64,000 bases of DNA from an uncultured Clostridia bacterium (GCA_944387555.1 CALXFH010000005.1:14589-78588); one strand, 5' to 3'. Positions 50,951 through 61,493 are shown, numbered from the stretch's first letter. Program-made: numbers and translations. The notes: generated from the sequence alone by a model not told the origin.

Positions 50951-51934
50951 TTATTTTATTTTTTCTTTGTCAGTGCTTAAAAAATTCATAACTAAATCTA
51001 TAATTATTTCTTTTTCTTTTGGGTTAGACTCGGCAATAAGTAATGTTAATGCTACTAAAGTATTATTATCTATTGTTTGTTTTCCATCCTTATATAAAAT
51101 ACCATAAAAGTTTAAAAAGTATATAAATAATGTCGCTGCTATTCTTTTATTTCCATCTGCAAACACATGGTTTTTAACTACTAAATATAAGAAATTTGCT
51201 CCTTTTTCTTCTATACTTTTATATACATCTTTTCCATCAAATGTTTGGTAGATATTTCCTATTATTGACTCTAATCCTCTATTTCTTTCAACTGCAAATA
51301 ATTCACTCTCTTCATTAAACCTAAGTTTATTAATAATATCTATGCAGTCTTCATATTTTATTTTTCTTTCATCTATATTTCCTTTTACTTTTTTTAATTT
51401 TTTATGGTCATAATCATCTAATATATTTAATGCTTTAGAATAACTTCCAATTACTTTTAATATTTCTTTTGCGTCATTTCCTTCTAATCTTTCATCAATT
51501 CTATTTGCTATATCTATTAATTTTATTGTTTTTTCTAAATATTCTAATCTTTTTTGATTTACTGCATAACCTTTTAACATATAATCTTTTAAAATTTTAT
51601 TTGCCCATTTTCTAAAGATTACACCATTTTTTGATTTTACTCTATAACCAATACTTAATATCATATCTAAATTATAATAATCTACCATATGAGTTTGTGT
51701 TTTTCCTTTTATTGAACCATGTTTAGTGGTTGTTGCAAATTTTGCAACAACCTGTTCATCTTTAAGTTCTTCTTCTAAAGCATTTTTTATATGTCTTGAT
51801 ATAACAGATTTATCTCTTCCAAATAGTTTAGACATTTGTTCTAAATTTAGCCACACTGTTTCATCTTTTAAATTTACTTCTAGCTTTACACCTTGATTTT
51901 CAAATAAAATAATTTCATTCTTTTTCTCTTCCAT
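50951..51934 (-). CDS. RhuM/virulence-family protein with Fic domain
   Basis: ETVWL...QM..LF, YNLD.I.SIGYRVKS and HVFADGNKR motifs. Confidence 0.85.
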   Translation of the reverse strand: MEEKKNEIILFENQGVKLEVNLKDETVWLNLEQMSKLFGRDKSVISRHIKNALEEELKDEQVVAKFATTTKHGSIKGKTQTHMVDYYNLDMILSIGYRVKSKNGVIFRKWANKILKDYMLKGYAVNQKRLEYLEKTIKLIDIANRIDERLEGNDAKEILKVIGSYSKALNILDDYDHKKLKKVKGNIDERKIKYEDCIDIINKLRFNEESELFAVERNRGLESIIGNIYQTFDGKDVYKSIEEKGANFLYLVVKNHVFADGNKRIAATLFIYFLNFYGILYKDGKQTIDNNTLVALTLLIAESNPKEKEIIIDLVMNFLSTDKEKIK

Positions 51935-52140
51935 AATACAACATCCTTTCTTTTTTATTTAATAATTTAATTTAACCGTTCTAAACTTATTGTCTGTATT
52001 TTACTATTCATTCAATATTTTGTCAATAGTTATATTTACATTTTTGTAAATCTTTCCTTAAGCATAAAAAGAGACTAAATATAGATAAATACAAAATATA
52101 TTTATCTATATTAGCCCCTATATTTTAATCCCTTATTTAA

Positions 52141-53193
52141 TTATTCTTCGTCGTCATCGTCTTCTTTGCTTGGTAGGTCTTCTCCTAAACTTTGTTCAAA
52201 AGCTTTAGCAAAATTGTCTCTAACTTTACCTTCAATTTCATCCATAACATCTGGATTTTCTTTTAGATATTTTTTAACATTTTCTCTACCTTGACCAATT
52301 CTTTCACCATTATAACTAAACCAAGAACCAGCTTTGTCAACAATATCTAGGTTAACTGCCATGTCTAGAATATTTCCTTCTTTAGAAATACCTTGTCCAT
52401 AAACTATATCAAATTCTGCCTCTCTAAATGGTGGAGCAACTTTGTTTTTAACTACTTTAACACGAACTCTATTTCCTTTAATTTCTCCATCTTGTTTAAT
52501 ATTTTCTATTCTTCTTATATCCATTCTAACAGATGCATAGAATTTTAAAGCACGTCCACCTGTTGTTGTTTCTGGATTTCCAAACATAACTCCAATTTTT
52601 TCTCTTAATTGGTTAATAAAGATTAATACTGTTTTTGATTTATTTATTGCTCCTGCAAGTTTTCTTAATGCTTGTGACATAAGTCTTGCTTGAAGTCCCA
52701 TATGAGAATCTCCCATATCTCCATCAATTTCAGCTTTTGGAACTAATGCTGCAACAGAGTCTACTACTACAACATCTAAAGCTCCACTTCTAATTAAACT
52801 TTCTGTAATTTCCAATGCTTGTTCACCTGTATCTGGTTGTGAAACAATTAAATCATCTATATCTACACCTAATTTTTTAGCATAAACTGGATCTAATGCG
52901 TGTTCTGCATCAATAAAAGCTGCTTCTCCACCCATTTTTTGTGCTTCAGCAATTATATGTAATGCTAAAGTTGTTTTACCAGAAGACTCTGGTCCGAATA
53001 TTTCTACGATTCTACCTCTTGGAACTCCTCCAATACCTAATGCTATATCTAGACTTAAAGCTCCAGTAGGAATTGCTTCTATTTCCATAGCTTTAAAATC
53101 TCCAAGTTTCATAACTGAACCTTTTCCAAATTGTTTTTCTATTTGTCCCATAGCTACCTCTAAAGCTTTTCTCTTTTCTTCGTTTACTTCCAT
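52141..53193 (-). CDS. recA: Recombinase A
   Basis: [17 protein letters not shown] and [10 protein letters not shown] motifs. Confidence 0.99.
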   Translation of the reverse strand: MEVNEEKRKALEVAMGQIEKQFGKGSVMKLGDFKAMEIEAIPTGALSLDIALGIGGVPRGRIVEIFGPESSGKTTLALHIIAEAQKMGGEAAFIDAEHALDPVYAKKLGVDIDDLIVSQPDTGEQALEITESLIRSGALDVVVVDSVAALVPKAEIDGDMGDSHMGLQARLMSQALRKLAGAINKSKTVLIFINQLREKIGVMFGNPETTTGGRALKFYASVRMDIRRIENIKQDGEIKGNRVRVKVVKNKVAPPFREAEFDIVYGQGISKEGNILDMAVNLDIVDKAGSWFSYNGERIGQGRENVKKYLKENPDVMDEIEGKVRDNFAKAFEQSLGEDLPSKEDDDDEE

Positions 53194-53290
53194 TATTTTT
53201 CCTCCTTAAATTTATTGAACTTTTGTTTGATATTGTTATTATATACCAAATATTTGTTTTGTCAATAACTTTTTCAAATTTTTTTATTTT

Positions 53291-54874
53291 TTATTTATAC
53301 CATCCTTCAATTCCATAGAACTGATTAAACCAAGTTGGTGTTATATCTCCCACTAGACTTGAACTATATGCAATTGTATATTTATTATTATACAAACTTA
53401 CATATGGTATATCAGTTTTATAAATCTCTGCTAATCTTTGGTAATCTTGTTTTAATACATTTTCATCTGTTGTATTTTTTGTTTCATTTAATATATTTGT
53501 TACTTCTTCATTTGTATAATTTGCAATATTGTTATTTCCGAAAAAAGTGTCTAAATTTGGGCTTGGTGATAATGTCATTGAGCATAAAGCAATATCAAAA
53601 TTTCTACTATTTATTGCATTGTTATATTGTTCATCAGTTGCTTGCACAATATTTATTCTAATTCCTTGTGCTTGTAACTGTCCTTGTATATTTTGAGCAA
53701 CAGCAACCTTTGTGCTATCACTTGCTCTTACTAATAAATTAAGCTCTATTCTTAAAGTTTTTCTATTTTCTGTTTTTTGCCAAGAACCACTTCTTAAAGT
53801 CCAACCTGCATCTGTTAATTCTTTCTTTGCCTGCTCTACATTATATCCACTACTTGTATCTTGGTTTTGATATAACCAATTACCATAATCAAGAGGAAAA
53901 CTACTTGTTAAGCATTTTCCACCTAAAGCATTTGAATTCATATTATCTTTATCAATAGAATATGAAATTGCTTTTCTAACTTCTGGTCTACTTAAATATT
54001 GGTTAGCCATGTTAAATGCTAAAAATGTATGTTCCCTTCCTTTAATTTCTCTTGGAGTATATCCAATTGTTCCAATATAATCTTGTAGATTTTGATTATC
54101 AGTTGCAATTAAGTCTATTCCACCTACTTTGAAACTATTATATAATTCTCCAATAGAAGAATATAAATTAACTGTAATTGTTTCTAATACACTATCTTTG
54201 TCTTTATTCCAATAACTAGTATTTTTTGATAATGTTATATAAGAAGGTTGTACATCTGTTATTTTAAACATACCAGTTCCTACAGGAGAACTATTTTTAC
54301 TACTTGTTGCAAAATCTTCTCCTTGATAATATGTACTAGAAAGTATTGGAAATGTTAAATTATATTCAAAAAATGGAACATCACTATCTAAATTTATTCT
54401 TACAGTATAATCATCAACAATATCTACCCCTACTACATTTTGAACATTTGCAGAATAAATTGTATCTGAGTCTTTTAACCTATCTATTGTAAATTTTACA
54501 TCATCAGCAGTAAAAGCTTGTCCATCAGACCATCTAACATTTTCTCTTAATTTTATTAAATATGAATTACCATCTTTTGCCCATTCAGTAGCAAGACATG
54601 GTTCTGCCTTATAATCTGAAGTTAAATTAACTAAAGGTTCATATATTAACTTTGTAATATTTTGAACATTTTTATTTTTACTAAGAATAGGATTTATTGT
54701 ATCGAAACCTGCTATTCCTAATTTTAATTCTTTTACTCTATCATCTTGGTTACTTGCAGTATATTCCTCTTCTTGTTTTTTTACTTCTTCATCTTGTCTA
54801 ATTATATATATAGCAATACCTAAGATTAGAATAATAAAAACCACAAAAACATATTTAATCCAATTTGATTTCAT
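53291..54874 (-). CDS. Peptide ABC transporter substrate-binding protein (family 5)
   Basis: LIYEPL, WSDG..FTADDV.FT motifs. Confidence 0.85.
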   Translation of the reverse strand: MKSNWIKYVFVVFIILILGIAIYIIRQDEEVKKQEEEYTASNQDDRVKELKLGIAGFDTINPILSKNKNVQNITKLIYEPLVNLTSDYKAEPCLATEWAKDGNSYLIKLRENVRWSDGQAFTADDVKFTIDRLKDSDTIYSANVQNVVGVDIVDDYTVRINLDSDVPFFEYNLTFPILSSTYYQGEDFATSSKNSSPVGTGMFKITDVQPSYITLSKNTSYWNKDKDSVLETITVNLYSSIGELYNSFKVGGIDLIATDNQNLQDYIGTIGYTPREIKGREHTFLAFNMANQYLSRPEVRKAISYSIDKDNMNSNALGGKCLTSSFPLDYGNWLYQNQDTSSGYNVEQAKKELTDAGWTLRSGSWQKTENRKTLRIELNLLVRASDSTKVAVAQNIQGQLQAQGIRINIVQATDEQYNNAINSRNFDIALCSMTLSPSPNLDTFFGNNNIANYTNEEVTNILNETKNTTDENVLKQDYQRLAEIYKTDIPYVSLYNNKYTIAYSSSLVGDITPTWFNQFYGIEGWYK

Positions 54875-55003
54875 ATTTCACCTCTGTACATTGAATATCA
54901 TACATTAATTTTATAAAAATTTCAAGTAAATTTATGATTTCACGAAAAATTCATCTAAAAATGCAAAAACAGGCTAATTTCTAGCCTGTAATTTATCTAC
55001 TTA

Positions 55004-55267
55004 TTAACTTCTTGACTCTACAATTAGTTTTATTCCAGTTCTATCTTCTCCTTCTACTTCAACTTCTGCAAATGCTGGAATACAAACTAGGTCAACTCCT
55101 GATGGTGCTACAAATCCTCTTGCTATTGCCACCGCTTTTACTGCTTGATTTAATGCTCCTGCTCCAATTGCTTGCATCTCTGCTCTGTTTGATTCTTTTA
55201 CCAATCCAGCAATTGCTCCTGCTACTGAATTTGGGTTTGATTTTGATGAAATCTTTAAAATTTCCAT
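55004..55267 (-). CDS. spoVS: Stage V sporulation protein S
   Basis: LK.SSKS.PNSVAGAIAG, IGAGALNQAVKA. Confidence 0.95.
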   Translation of the reverse strand: MEILKISSKSNPNSVAGAIAGLVKESNRAEMQAIGAGALNQAVKAVAIARGFVAPSGVDLVCIPAFAEVEVEGEDRTGIKLIVESRS

Positions 55268-55411
55268 TTTCTTTTGCCTCCTATAATTTTATTTTTGTTG
55301 TTGCAACTTCTATGATTGTATTTTACATTATCTGGAAATAAATGTAAATAGTTTTCTAGAAATTTTTGGAAGTTTTCATCGCAGTAAAACCTCTTTTTCG
55401 ACAAAAGAACT

Positions 55412-56182
55412 TTATAATCTAATTCTTTTTATATTTTTCACTTTATTAGTACTATTATCTACATCAAAAATAACACCATTAAGCATAGCATCTCCACCAG
55501 CAATTCTGTATCTTTCAGGAAGTGTTGTTTCAAATCTTTTTATAGAAGCTGATACATCCATACCTATAACTGATTTTTTAGGTCCTGTCATTCCTATATC
55601 TGTTATATATGCTGTTCCATTTTCTAAGATAGTTTCATCTGCTGTTTGTACATGTGTATGTGTTCCAAAAATGGCGGTTACTTTTCCATCTAAGTAATAT
55701 CCAAGTGCAATTTTCTCAGCTGTTGCTTCTGCATGGAAATCTATTATTATCATATCTGTTTTATCTTTTATTTTTTCTATTATATCTTTTGCTACTAAAA
55801 ATGGATTTTCAGATAAAACATTTACATCTACTCTTCCTATTAAATTTATAACTGCTATTTTTTTATCTTTACACTCATAAATATTATATCCTTTACCTGG
55901 AACTCCTTTAGGATAGTTTGCTGGTCTTAATAATTTTGGATGATTTATAAAATTAAATATATCTTTTTTACCCCAAGTGTGATTTCCCATAGTTACAGCA
56001 TCTACATTTTCTTCTAATATATCATCAAAATTCTTTTTAGTTATTCCCATTCCTTCCGCTGCATTTTCACCATTTACTATTATAAAATCAATTTTTTCTT
56101 CTTCTCTTATCTTAGTAAGTTCAGACTTTAGTTTCTTAACTCCTGCTGTTCCCACTAAATCTCCTATTGCTAATATTTTCAA
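55412..56182 (-). CDS. ymdB: YmdB-family metallophosphoesterase
   Basis: GD.VG..G, NGENAA.G, GNH, DFHAEATAEK, GTHTHVQTAD. Confidence 0.92.
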   Translation of the reverse strand: MKILAIGDLVGTAGVKKLKSELTKIREEEKIDFIIVNGENAAEGMGITKKNFDDILEENVDAVTMGNHTWGKKDIFNFINHPKLLRPANYPKGVPGKGYNIYECKDKKIAVINLIGRVDVNVLSENPFLVAKDIIEKIKDKTDMIIIDFHAEATAEKIALGYYLDGKVTAIFGTHTHVQTADETILENGTAYITDIGMTGPKKSVIGMDVSASIKRFETTLPERYRIAGGDAMLNGVIFDVDNSTNKVKNIKRIRL

Positions 56183-56420
56183 TATAAATCCCTCTTTCTA
56201 AAAATAATTTACATATACTATGATACTATAAATTTAAAAAATAATCAAATTTAGATACTTATCAATTTTGATTTTTTTCTCCTTTTGTGCTATAATTAAT
56301 ATTAGGCTAAATGCTTAGAATGAAAGGAGAATTATGTAACATCGTGTTTTTCTAGTAGCAATTGCTACCTCCGGAAAAAAGATACCTATTTTATAACTTT
56401 TATAAATTTAAGGAGTTTTT

Positions 56421-56651
56421 ATGCTAAAATGTGTTCATGTTGATCTCGTAGATCACAAAAACATTCCTGATTATTCGGGACCTGATTCAGTATATTACTT
56501 TCATGAGGATTACTCAGATGTAATGTACATGCTCTTCATGGACAGCAAAGGAAATTATTATCCATTAAGTCCACTTGTAGACCAATATGGATATAATATT
56601 ACCCTTCAGCAGTGGGAAGAGAGAAGGAAAAAAACTTCTGTAGATTTCTAA
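56421..56651 (+). CDS. 76-aa hypothetical protein flanked by a 14-bp inverted repeat
   Basis: AAGGAG RBS; promoter TTGATT-17-TATAAT upstream; terminator cccttggt..accaaggg. Confidence 0.5.
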   Translation: MLKCVHVDLVDHKNIPDYSGPDSVYYFHEDYSDVMYMLFMDSKGNYYPLSPLVDQYGYNITLQQWEERRKKTSVDF

Positions 56652-56845
56652 ATCTTTTTTAATATTTTTTAAATAGGTATCTTTCCCTTGGTTAACACCA
56701 AGGGTTTATTTTTTTATTCAAAAATCCCTTTGCACTCTTGTACAGTTCTTTCTTTTTAATTTTGCAAAATAAAAGAGAGGTTTTGAACTGTTCCCTTAAA
56801 AGTGGACAGTGAATTAAAAAGAGAGGTTCTCAGAAAGTGTTACGG

Positions 56846-57720
56846 TTATTGCTGTAACACTTTCTGTTTTTCTAATTGCTTTTGTTTAAATTGCATAGGT
56901 GTTAGATAACCTAATGATTTTTGTATTCTTTTATTATTATAATAATCTATGTAATTTTTTATTTCTTCTATCATATCACAATTTTTCGTGTCTATCAAAG
57001 GATTATAAAGTAGTTCACTTTTTAATGTTCCAAAAAAACTTTCCATAGGAGAGTTATCTATTGGAGTTCCTTTTCTAGACATACTTTGTATAAAATTATT
57101 TTCTTCTAATATTTTTTGAAACTGTAAATTGTTATATACACTTCCTTGGTCTGAATGAAATATTGTTCCTTCTGGTATAGATTTTTCTTTTATTTGTTCT
57201 AGCATTTTTATTACTATTGAGATAGAAGCATTATGTGCTACTACATTAGCTTCTATAACATGTGTATTTAAGTCTTTTACTGGTGAAATATATATTTTCT
57301 TTCCCTTATGTTTTATTTCTGTTATATCAGTTGCTACTTTATCAAACGGACAACTAGTATCAAAGTTTCTTTTTAAAACATTATGTTTAGGATGTGGTTC
57401 TCCTGGAGTTGTATATACTTTTTTTGATTTAATTACTGATAGTAAATTATTTTCCTTCATTAATCTATAAATTTTTTTATGATTATGTTTTATACCATAA
57501 TCTTGTTCTAATGCATGAGTCATTCTATCTACACCATATCTTCCTTTATGTATTTGATATAATTCTTTTATTTTTTCTATAATAAATTCATCTTCAATAT
57601 CTTTTGGCGTTTTTATATTTTTTCTTTTTAACCATTTGTAATAAGTAGAGCTCTTTATTCCAGATATTTCAAGAAGTAATGTTATGGGATATTGTGCAGA
57701 AAGTTTTAAAATTATTTCTT
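56846..57720 (-). CDS. IS3 transposase OrfB (reached by -1 frameshift)
   Basis: TDITE, HSDQGS.Y and DNSPMESFF DDE motifs; frame stays open up to the A-run at about 57720 (KKEIILKL...STYYKW). Confidence 0.9.
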
Positions 57721-58038
57721 TTTTTTTAGAATATTTTCTCGTTCTTTTACAATTTCTTTAAGATACGCGTTTTCAGTTTCTAAATATTTAATTAGTTCTT
57801 TATCTGTCATAATTTTTCTAGGACGACCTTTTCTATTTCCTTTTGCTTTTCCACGATTTTCTCCTAAAGATTCTTTACCTTTTTCTTGATATTTCCTTGT
57901 CCATAAAGAGACCATGTATTCATTTGGAATACCATATTTTTTAGCAATTTGAACAATACCACCACTTTTACCAGATAAATAATCTTCAACTACTGTTATT
58001 TTAAATTCTTTCGAGTAAGTTTTTCTTTTTTCTCCCAT
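57712..58038 (-). CDS. IS3 transposase OrfA
   Basis: YSKEFK..VV, HTH, E.ENAYLK; ends in A8G slippery run. Confidence 0.9.
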   Translation of the reverse strand: MGEKRKTYSKEFKITVVEDYLSGKSGGIVQIAKKYGIPNEYMVSLWTRKYQEKGKESLGENRGKAKGNRKGRPRKIMTDKELIKYLETENAYLKEIVKERENILKKKK

Positions 58039-58117
58039 AAAAATACCCCCTTAAAGTATACACTCTTTTTTATTTTGTGTCTACTTTAAGGGGTAGGGTT
58101 CATTTCCCTCTCTTTGT

Positions 58118-59665
58118 TTATTTAGCATAATCTGCTACTCTTGTTTCTCTAATAACATTTACTTTAATTTGTCCTGGATAATCCATTTCAGCTTCTATTC
58201 TCTTGGCAACATCCCTTGCAAGGATAGTCATTTGGTCATCAGAAATTCTATCTGGTTTAACAATAATTCTTATCTCACGACCAGCTTGTATTGCAAAAGA
58301 TTTTTCAACTCCATCAAATGAATCTGCAATTTCTTCAAGATTTTGTAATCTCTTGATATATGCTTCTAGAGTTTCTCTTCTTGCTCCAGGTCTTGAAGCA
58401 GATATTGCATCTGCAGCTTGTACTAAAACTGCTTCTAATGTTTGTGGCTCAACATCTCCATGATGTGCCTCAACTGCATTTATAACTAATGGATTTTCTT
58501 TATATTTCTTAAGAATTTCAACACCTATTTCTACGTGTGTTCCTTCCATATCGTGATCTAAAGCTTTTCCTAAATCATGTAATAATCCTGCTCTTCTTGC
58601 AAGTTTAGTATCTAATCCTAATTCATCAGCCATTATTCTAGCTAAGTTTGATACTTCAATTGAGTGATTTAGTACATTTTGGCCATAACTTGTTCTGTAT
58701 TTTAATTTTCCAATTAATTTTACTATATCTGGATGAAGTCCAATAACACCTGTTTCTAGAACTGCTCTTTCTCCTTCTTCCTTAATAGTATTTTCAACTT
58801 CTTCTTTGGCCTTTTCTACCATTTCCTCAATCTTAGCAGGGTGAATTCTTCCATCATCAATTAGTTTCTCTAATGCAATTTTTGCAACTTCTCTTCTTAA
58901 TGGATCAAATCCTGATAATACTACTGCCTCTGGTGTATCATCAATTATTAAATCAATTCCTGTTAATGTTTCTAAGGCTTTTATGTTTCTACCCTCTCTA
59001 CCAATAATTCTTCCTTTCATTTCATCATTTGGAAGAGCTACAATTGATACTGTAGTTTCTTGAGAGTGGTCTGCAGCACATTTTTGTATAGCATAGCAAA
59101 GCATTTCCTTTGCATCTCTTGTTACTGTTTCTTTAGCCTTTTGATCTTGTTCTCTTATCAATGCTGCTTTTTCTGCAACTAATTCTTTTTCCATTTCAGA
59201 TAATAATCTTTGTTTTGCTTCCTCTTTAGTTAAGGATGCAATTTTTTGAAGTTCTACCATTTCTTGATCATGTAATTTTTCTAATTCTTCTTTTTGTCTG
59301 TCTAAGTCTTGTAATTGATTTTCTAAATCTCTTTCTCTTTTTTCAAAATTATCTGAACGTTTTTCTAAGTTTTCCTCTTTTTGAATTAGTCTTGCTTCTT
59401 GTTTTTGTACTTCGCCTCTTCTTTCTTTAATCTCTTGGTCTAACTCTTTACGACTTGCCATAATTTCTTCTTTAGCTTTAAAAATTTCTTCTTTTTTCAA
59501 ATTTTCAGCTTCTTTTTTAGCTAAATCCACTAATCTTTTTGCTTCATTTTCTGCTCCTTGGATTTTAGACTCTGCAACTTTTTTCCTGTATGCCATTCCA
59601 ATTGGTATACCAATTGCAAGTGAGATTAAGACAGCGGCGACAACGATTACAATATTCATAATCAA
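58118..59665 (-). CDS. rny: Ribonuclease Y
   Basis: N-terminal TM, coiled coil, KH domain ([11 protein letters not shown]), HD motif (LLHDLGK). Confidence 0.97.
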   Translation of the reverse strand: MIMNIVIVVAAVLISLAIGIPIGMAYRKKVAESKIQGAENEAKRLVDLAKKEAENLKKEEIFKAKEEIMASRKELDQEIKERRGEVQKQEARLIQKEENLEKRSDNFEKRERDLENQLQDLDRQKEELEKLHDQEMVELQKIASLTKEEAKQRLLSEMEKELVAEKAALIREQDQKAKETVTRDAKEMLCYAIQKCAADHSQETTVSIVALPNDEMKGRIIGREGRNIKALETLTGIDLIIDDTPEAVVLSGFDPLRREVAKIALEKLIDDGRIHPAKIEEMVEKAKEEVENTIKEEGERAVLETGVIGLHPDIVKLIGKLKYRTSYGQNVLNHSIEVSNLARIMADELGLDTKLARRAGLLHDLGKALDHDMEGTHVEIGVEILKKYKENPLVINAVEAHHGDVEPQTLEAVLVQAADAISASRPGARRETLEAYIKRLQNLEEIADSFDGVEKSFAIQAGREIRIIVKPDRISDDQMTILARDVAKRIEAEMDYPGQIKVNVIRETRVADYAK

Positions 59666-59698
59666 TACACCTCTTTCTTATTTAATTTTCAATGTTCG

Positions 59699-59864
59699 AA
59701 GAACAAAACGAAAATCAAAGATTTCCGTTATAACACTAACATAAATTAGTGTTTTTTTTATAAAGATGTTGTTTTTAAGTTTCCACCTAAAATTTTTAGG
59801 CAACCCTTTTCTTTAAAGGTCGTTGTTCTCGACCAATACCCATCGCTATTTCTAGGTCTGGACT
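59699..59864 (-). ncRNA. Second, non-coding copy of the tnpB 3' structured RNA (omegaRNA-like)
   Basis: 166-nt imperfect direct repeat of 59961-60125 with conserved hairpins. Confidence 0.75.
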
Positions 59865-59891
59865 ATAATTATAATTTTCTTACCTCTTTCT

Positions 59892-59920
59892 ATTTTAACT
59901 TTATTCTTATAAACTGTCAA
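59892..59920 (-). promoter_or_regulatory. SigA-type promoter driving omegaRNA copy 2 and possibly rny
   Basis: TTGACA-17-TAAAAT. Confidence 0.75.
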
Positions 59921-59960
59921 GTAATTTTAAGATTAAATTTTTCTTAAGGCGTTAATTTTA

Positions 59961-60125
59961 AAGAACAAAAGTGAAAATTAAAATTTTCACACTTCGCACT
60001 AATCTAAATTAGTAGCATTTTTATAAAAATGTTGTTTTTAAGTTTCCACCTAATTTTTAGGCAACCCTTTTCTTTAATGGTCGTTGTTCTCGGTCAATAC
60101 CCATCGCTATTTCTAGGTCTGGACT
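59961..60125 (-). ncRNA. omegaRNA-like scaffold overlapping the tnpB 3' end (copy 1)
   Basis: Overlaps the last ~22 codons of tnpB and continues through three hairpins; this position is typical of TnpB guide scaffolds. Confidence 0.7.
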
Positions 60126-61325
60126 AAAGATTTCTTTTATATACTTTCTTAAGATATTTAAACTTCCATTTATATCTGCATTTATTATCTTTCCACTATT
60201 TGTTTTAAATAAACCTCTTGTTATTCTTCTTGCCTTATTGTAGTATTTTCTATTTATTTCTTCTTTATCTATACTACTTACTCCTGATGTATATTCTTCT
60301 CCTATTTTTTCTACTTCTATTCCTTCTAGTTTTGCTTTATATTCTATTTTCTTTACTAAATTTTGTATAGGCATTTCTACAAATCTTTTATTATTTTTCA
60401 TATTCTGCTTTATATTTTTAATATCTCCTATGACTATTGTACCACAAGCATTTTCTTTTGCATAATTTACTATCATTCTACTTGCTTTATGCATATATGT
60501 ATTACTATAATTTCTCATTTGCTCATATAATTTATTTATCTTTTTAGTATTTTTAAAATCTTTACTTCCTGTCATCTTCATTTGTATTCCCTGTAATCTT
60601 GATATTTCTTTATTTATATAACCTATTTTTGATTTTATTCTTTCTCCTGCTATTATTAAACTATTACTATTATTCATATTTGTACACGCTGCTAGATTAT
60701 CCATTCCTAAATCTATTGCCATTATATTTGAACCAATTTCTATTTCTTTTTCTTCTTTTTCGTATATTATATACATTTTACATTTTTCATCTACTATATT
60801 TCCTATCTTTATCATTTTTATGCTTTCTAAATTTACTAGCTTTTCTAATTTCTTTGGCATTAGAAAATTTAAACTCTTTACTTTAAATTTTTTCTGCATT
60901 TCTTTTGATATTGATAGCTTTATTGTTCTTCCGTCTTTCCTTATTGCATAATTTGTAAATGTTATTTGTATTCTTCCATTATTCTTATATCTTGGCATTT
61001 GTGGTTTTTCTTTTATATCTTCGTTTCCTTCTTCGTACATTTCTTTTAGTGCTAAATATGATTTATGGTCTCTTATGCAATTTAATATTATCTGCTGTAA
61101 TGTATGTGAATGTAAGTATTTTGAGTGCCAATTTTCTTTTCTATAACTTTTATATATTTTGCTACTATCTTCATTTACTCTTTTTATTTTACTTACATCT
61201 ACTTTTCCTTCTCTTACCTCATAATTAAATGTATTATATACTTTACTACAATGCCATTTTATTTCTTTTATTATTTTTTCTTGTGTTTCATTTAACTTTA
61301 AATTATATACAAATGTTAATCTCAA
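60057..61325 (-). CDS. tnpB: TnpB RNA-guided nuclease family protein (IS200/IS605 accessory type), no tnpA nearby
   Basis: AIDLG (RuvC-I), EEYTS, INAD.NGSLNI (RuvC-III); TTG start at 61325 after GAGGTG. Confidence 0.9.
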   Translation of the reverse strand: MRLTFVYNLKLNETQEKIIKEIKWHCSKVYNTFNYEVREGKVDVSKIKRVNEDSSKIYKSYRKENWHSKYLHSHTLQQIILNCIRDHKSYLALKEMYEEGNEDIKEKPQMPRYKNNGRIQITFTNYAIRKDGRTIKLSISKEMQKKFKVKSLNFLMPKKLEKLVNLESIKMIKIGNIVDEKCKMYIIYEKEEKEIEIGSNIMAIDLGMDNLAACTNMNNSNSLIIAGERIKSKIGYINKEISRLQGIQMKMTGSKDFKNTKKINKLYEQMRNYSNTYMHKASRMIVNYAKENACGTIVIGDIKNIKQNMKNNKRFVEMPIQNLVKKIEYKAKLEGIEVEKIGEEYTSGVSSIDKEEINRKYYNKARRITRGLFKTNSGKIINADINGSLNILRKYIKEIFSPDLEIAMGIDREQRPLKKRVA

Positions 61326-61493
61326 ATTTTCACCTCTATTCGTTCTATTATTTATATCATACAAAACAAATTTTCGCAAGCGCTTTTGAATAAAATTTTA
61401 TTTTTATACAATTTTAAAACAAATTGGTGTTTTTTCCTATACCACAAAAAAGAACCCCTCTTGCGAGGGGAAAGAAATATTTTCTTTTCTAGA

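Larger units (their letters stand above)
56784..58102 (-). mobile_element. IS3-family insertion sequence (1,319 bp)
   Basis: Terminal IRs TGAAC...CCCTTAAA(A)GT.GACA, 3-bp TTT target duplication, orfA/orfB. Confidence 0.92.

Noticed and set aside
57705-57730. IS3 orfA/orfB frame break as part of the CGG recoding pattern
   Set aside because: It is the standard -1 programmed frameshift on an A-run typical of IS3 elements and has no CGG
60057-61325. Nuclease-dead TnpB (TldR-like repressor)
   Set aside because: RuvC-I Asp (AIDLG) and RuvC-III Asp (NAD) are present; the canonical RuvC-II Glu is replaced (VIGD) but EEYTS can supply it as in rearranged-RuvC TnpBs, so inactivity is not supported
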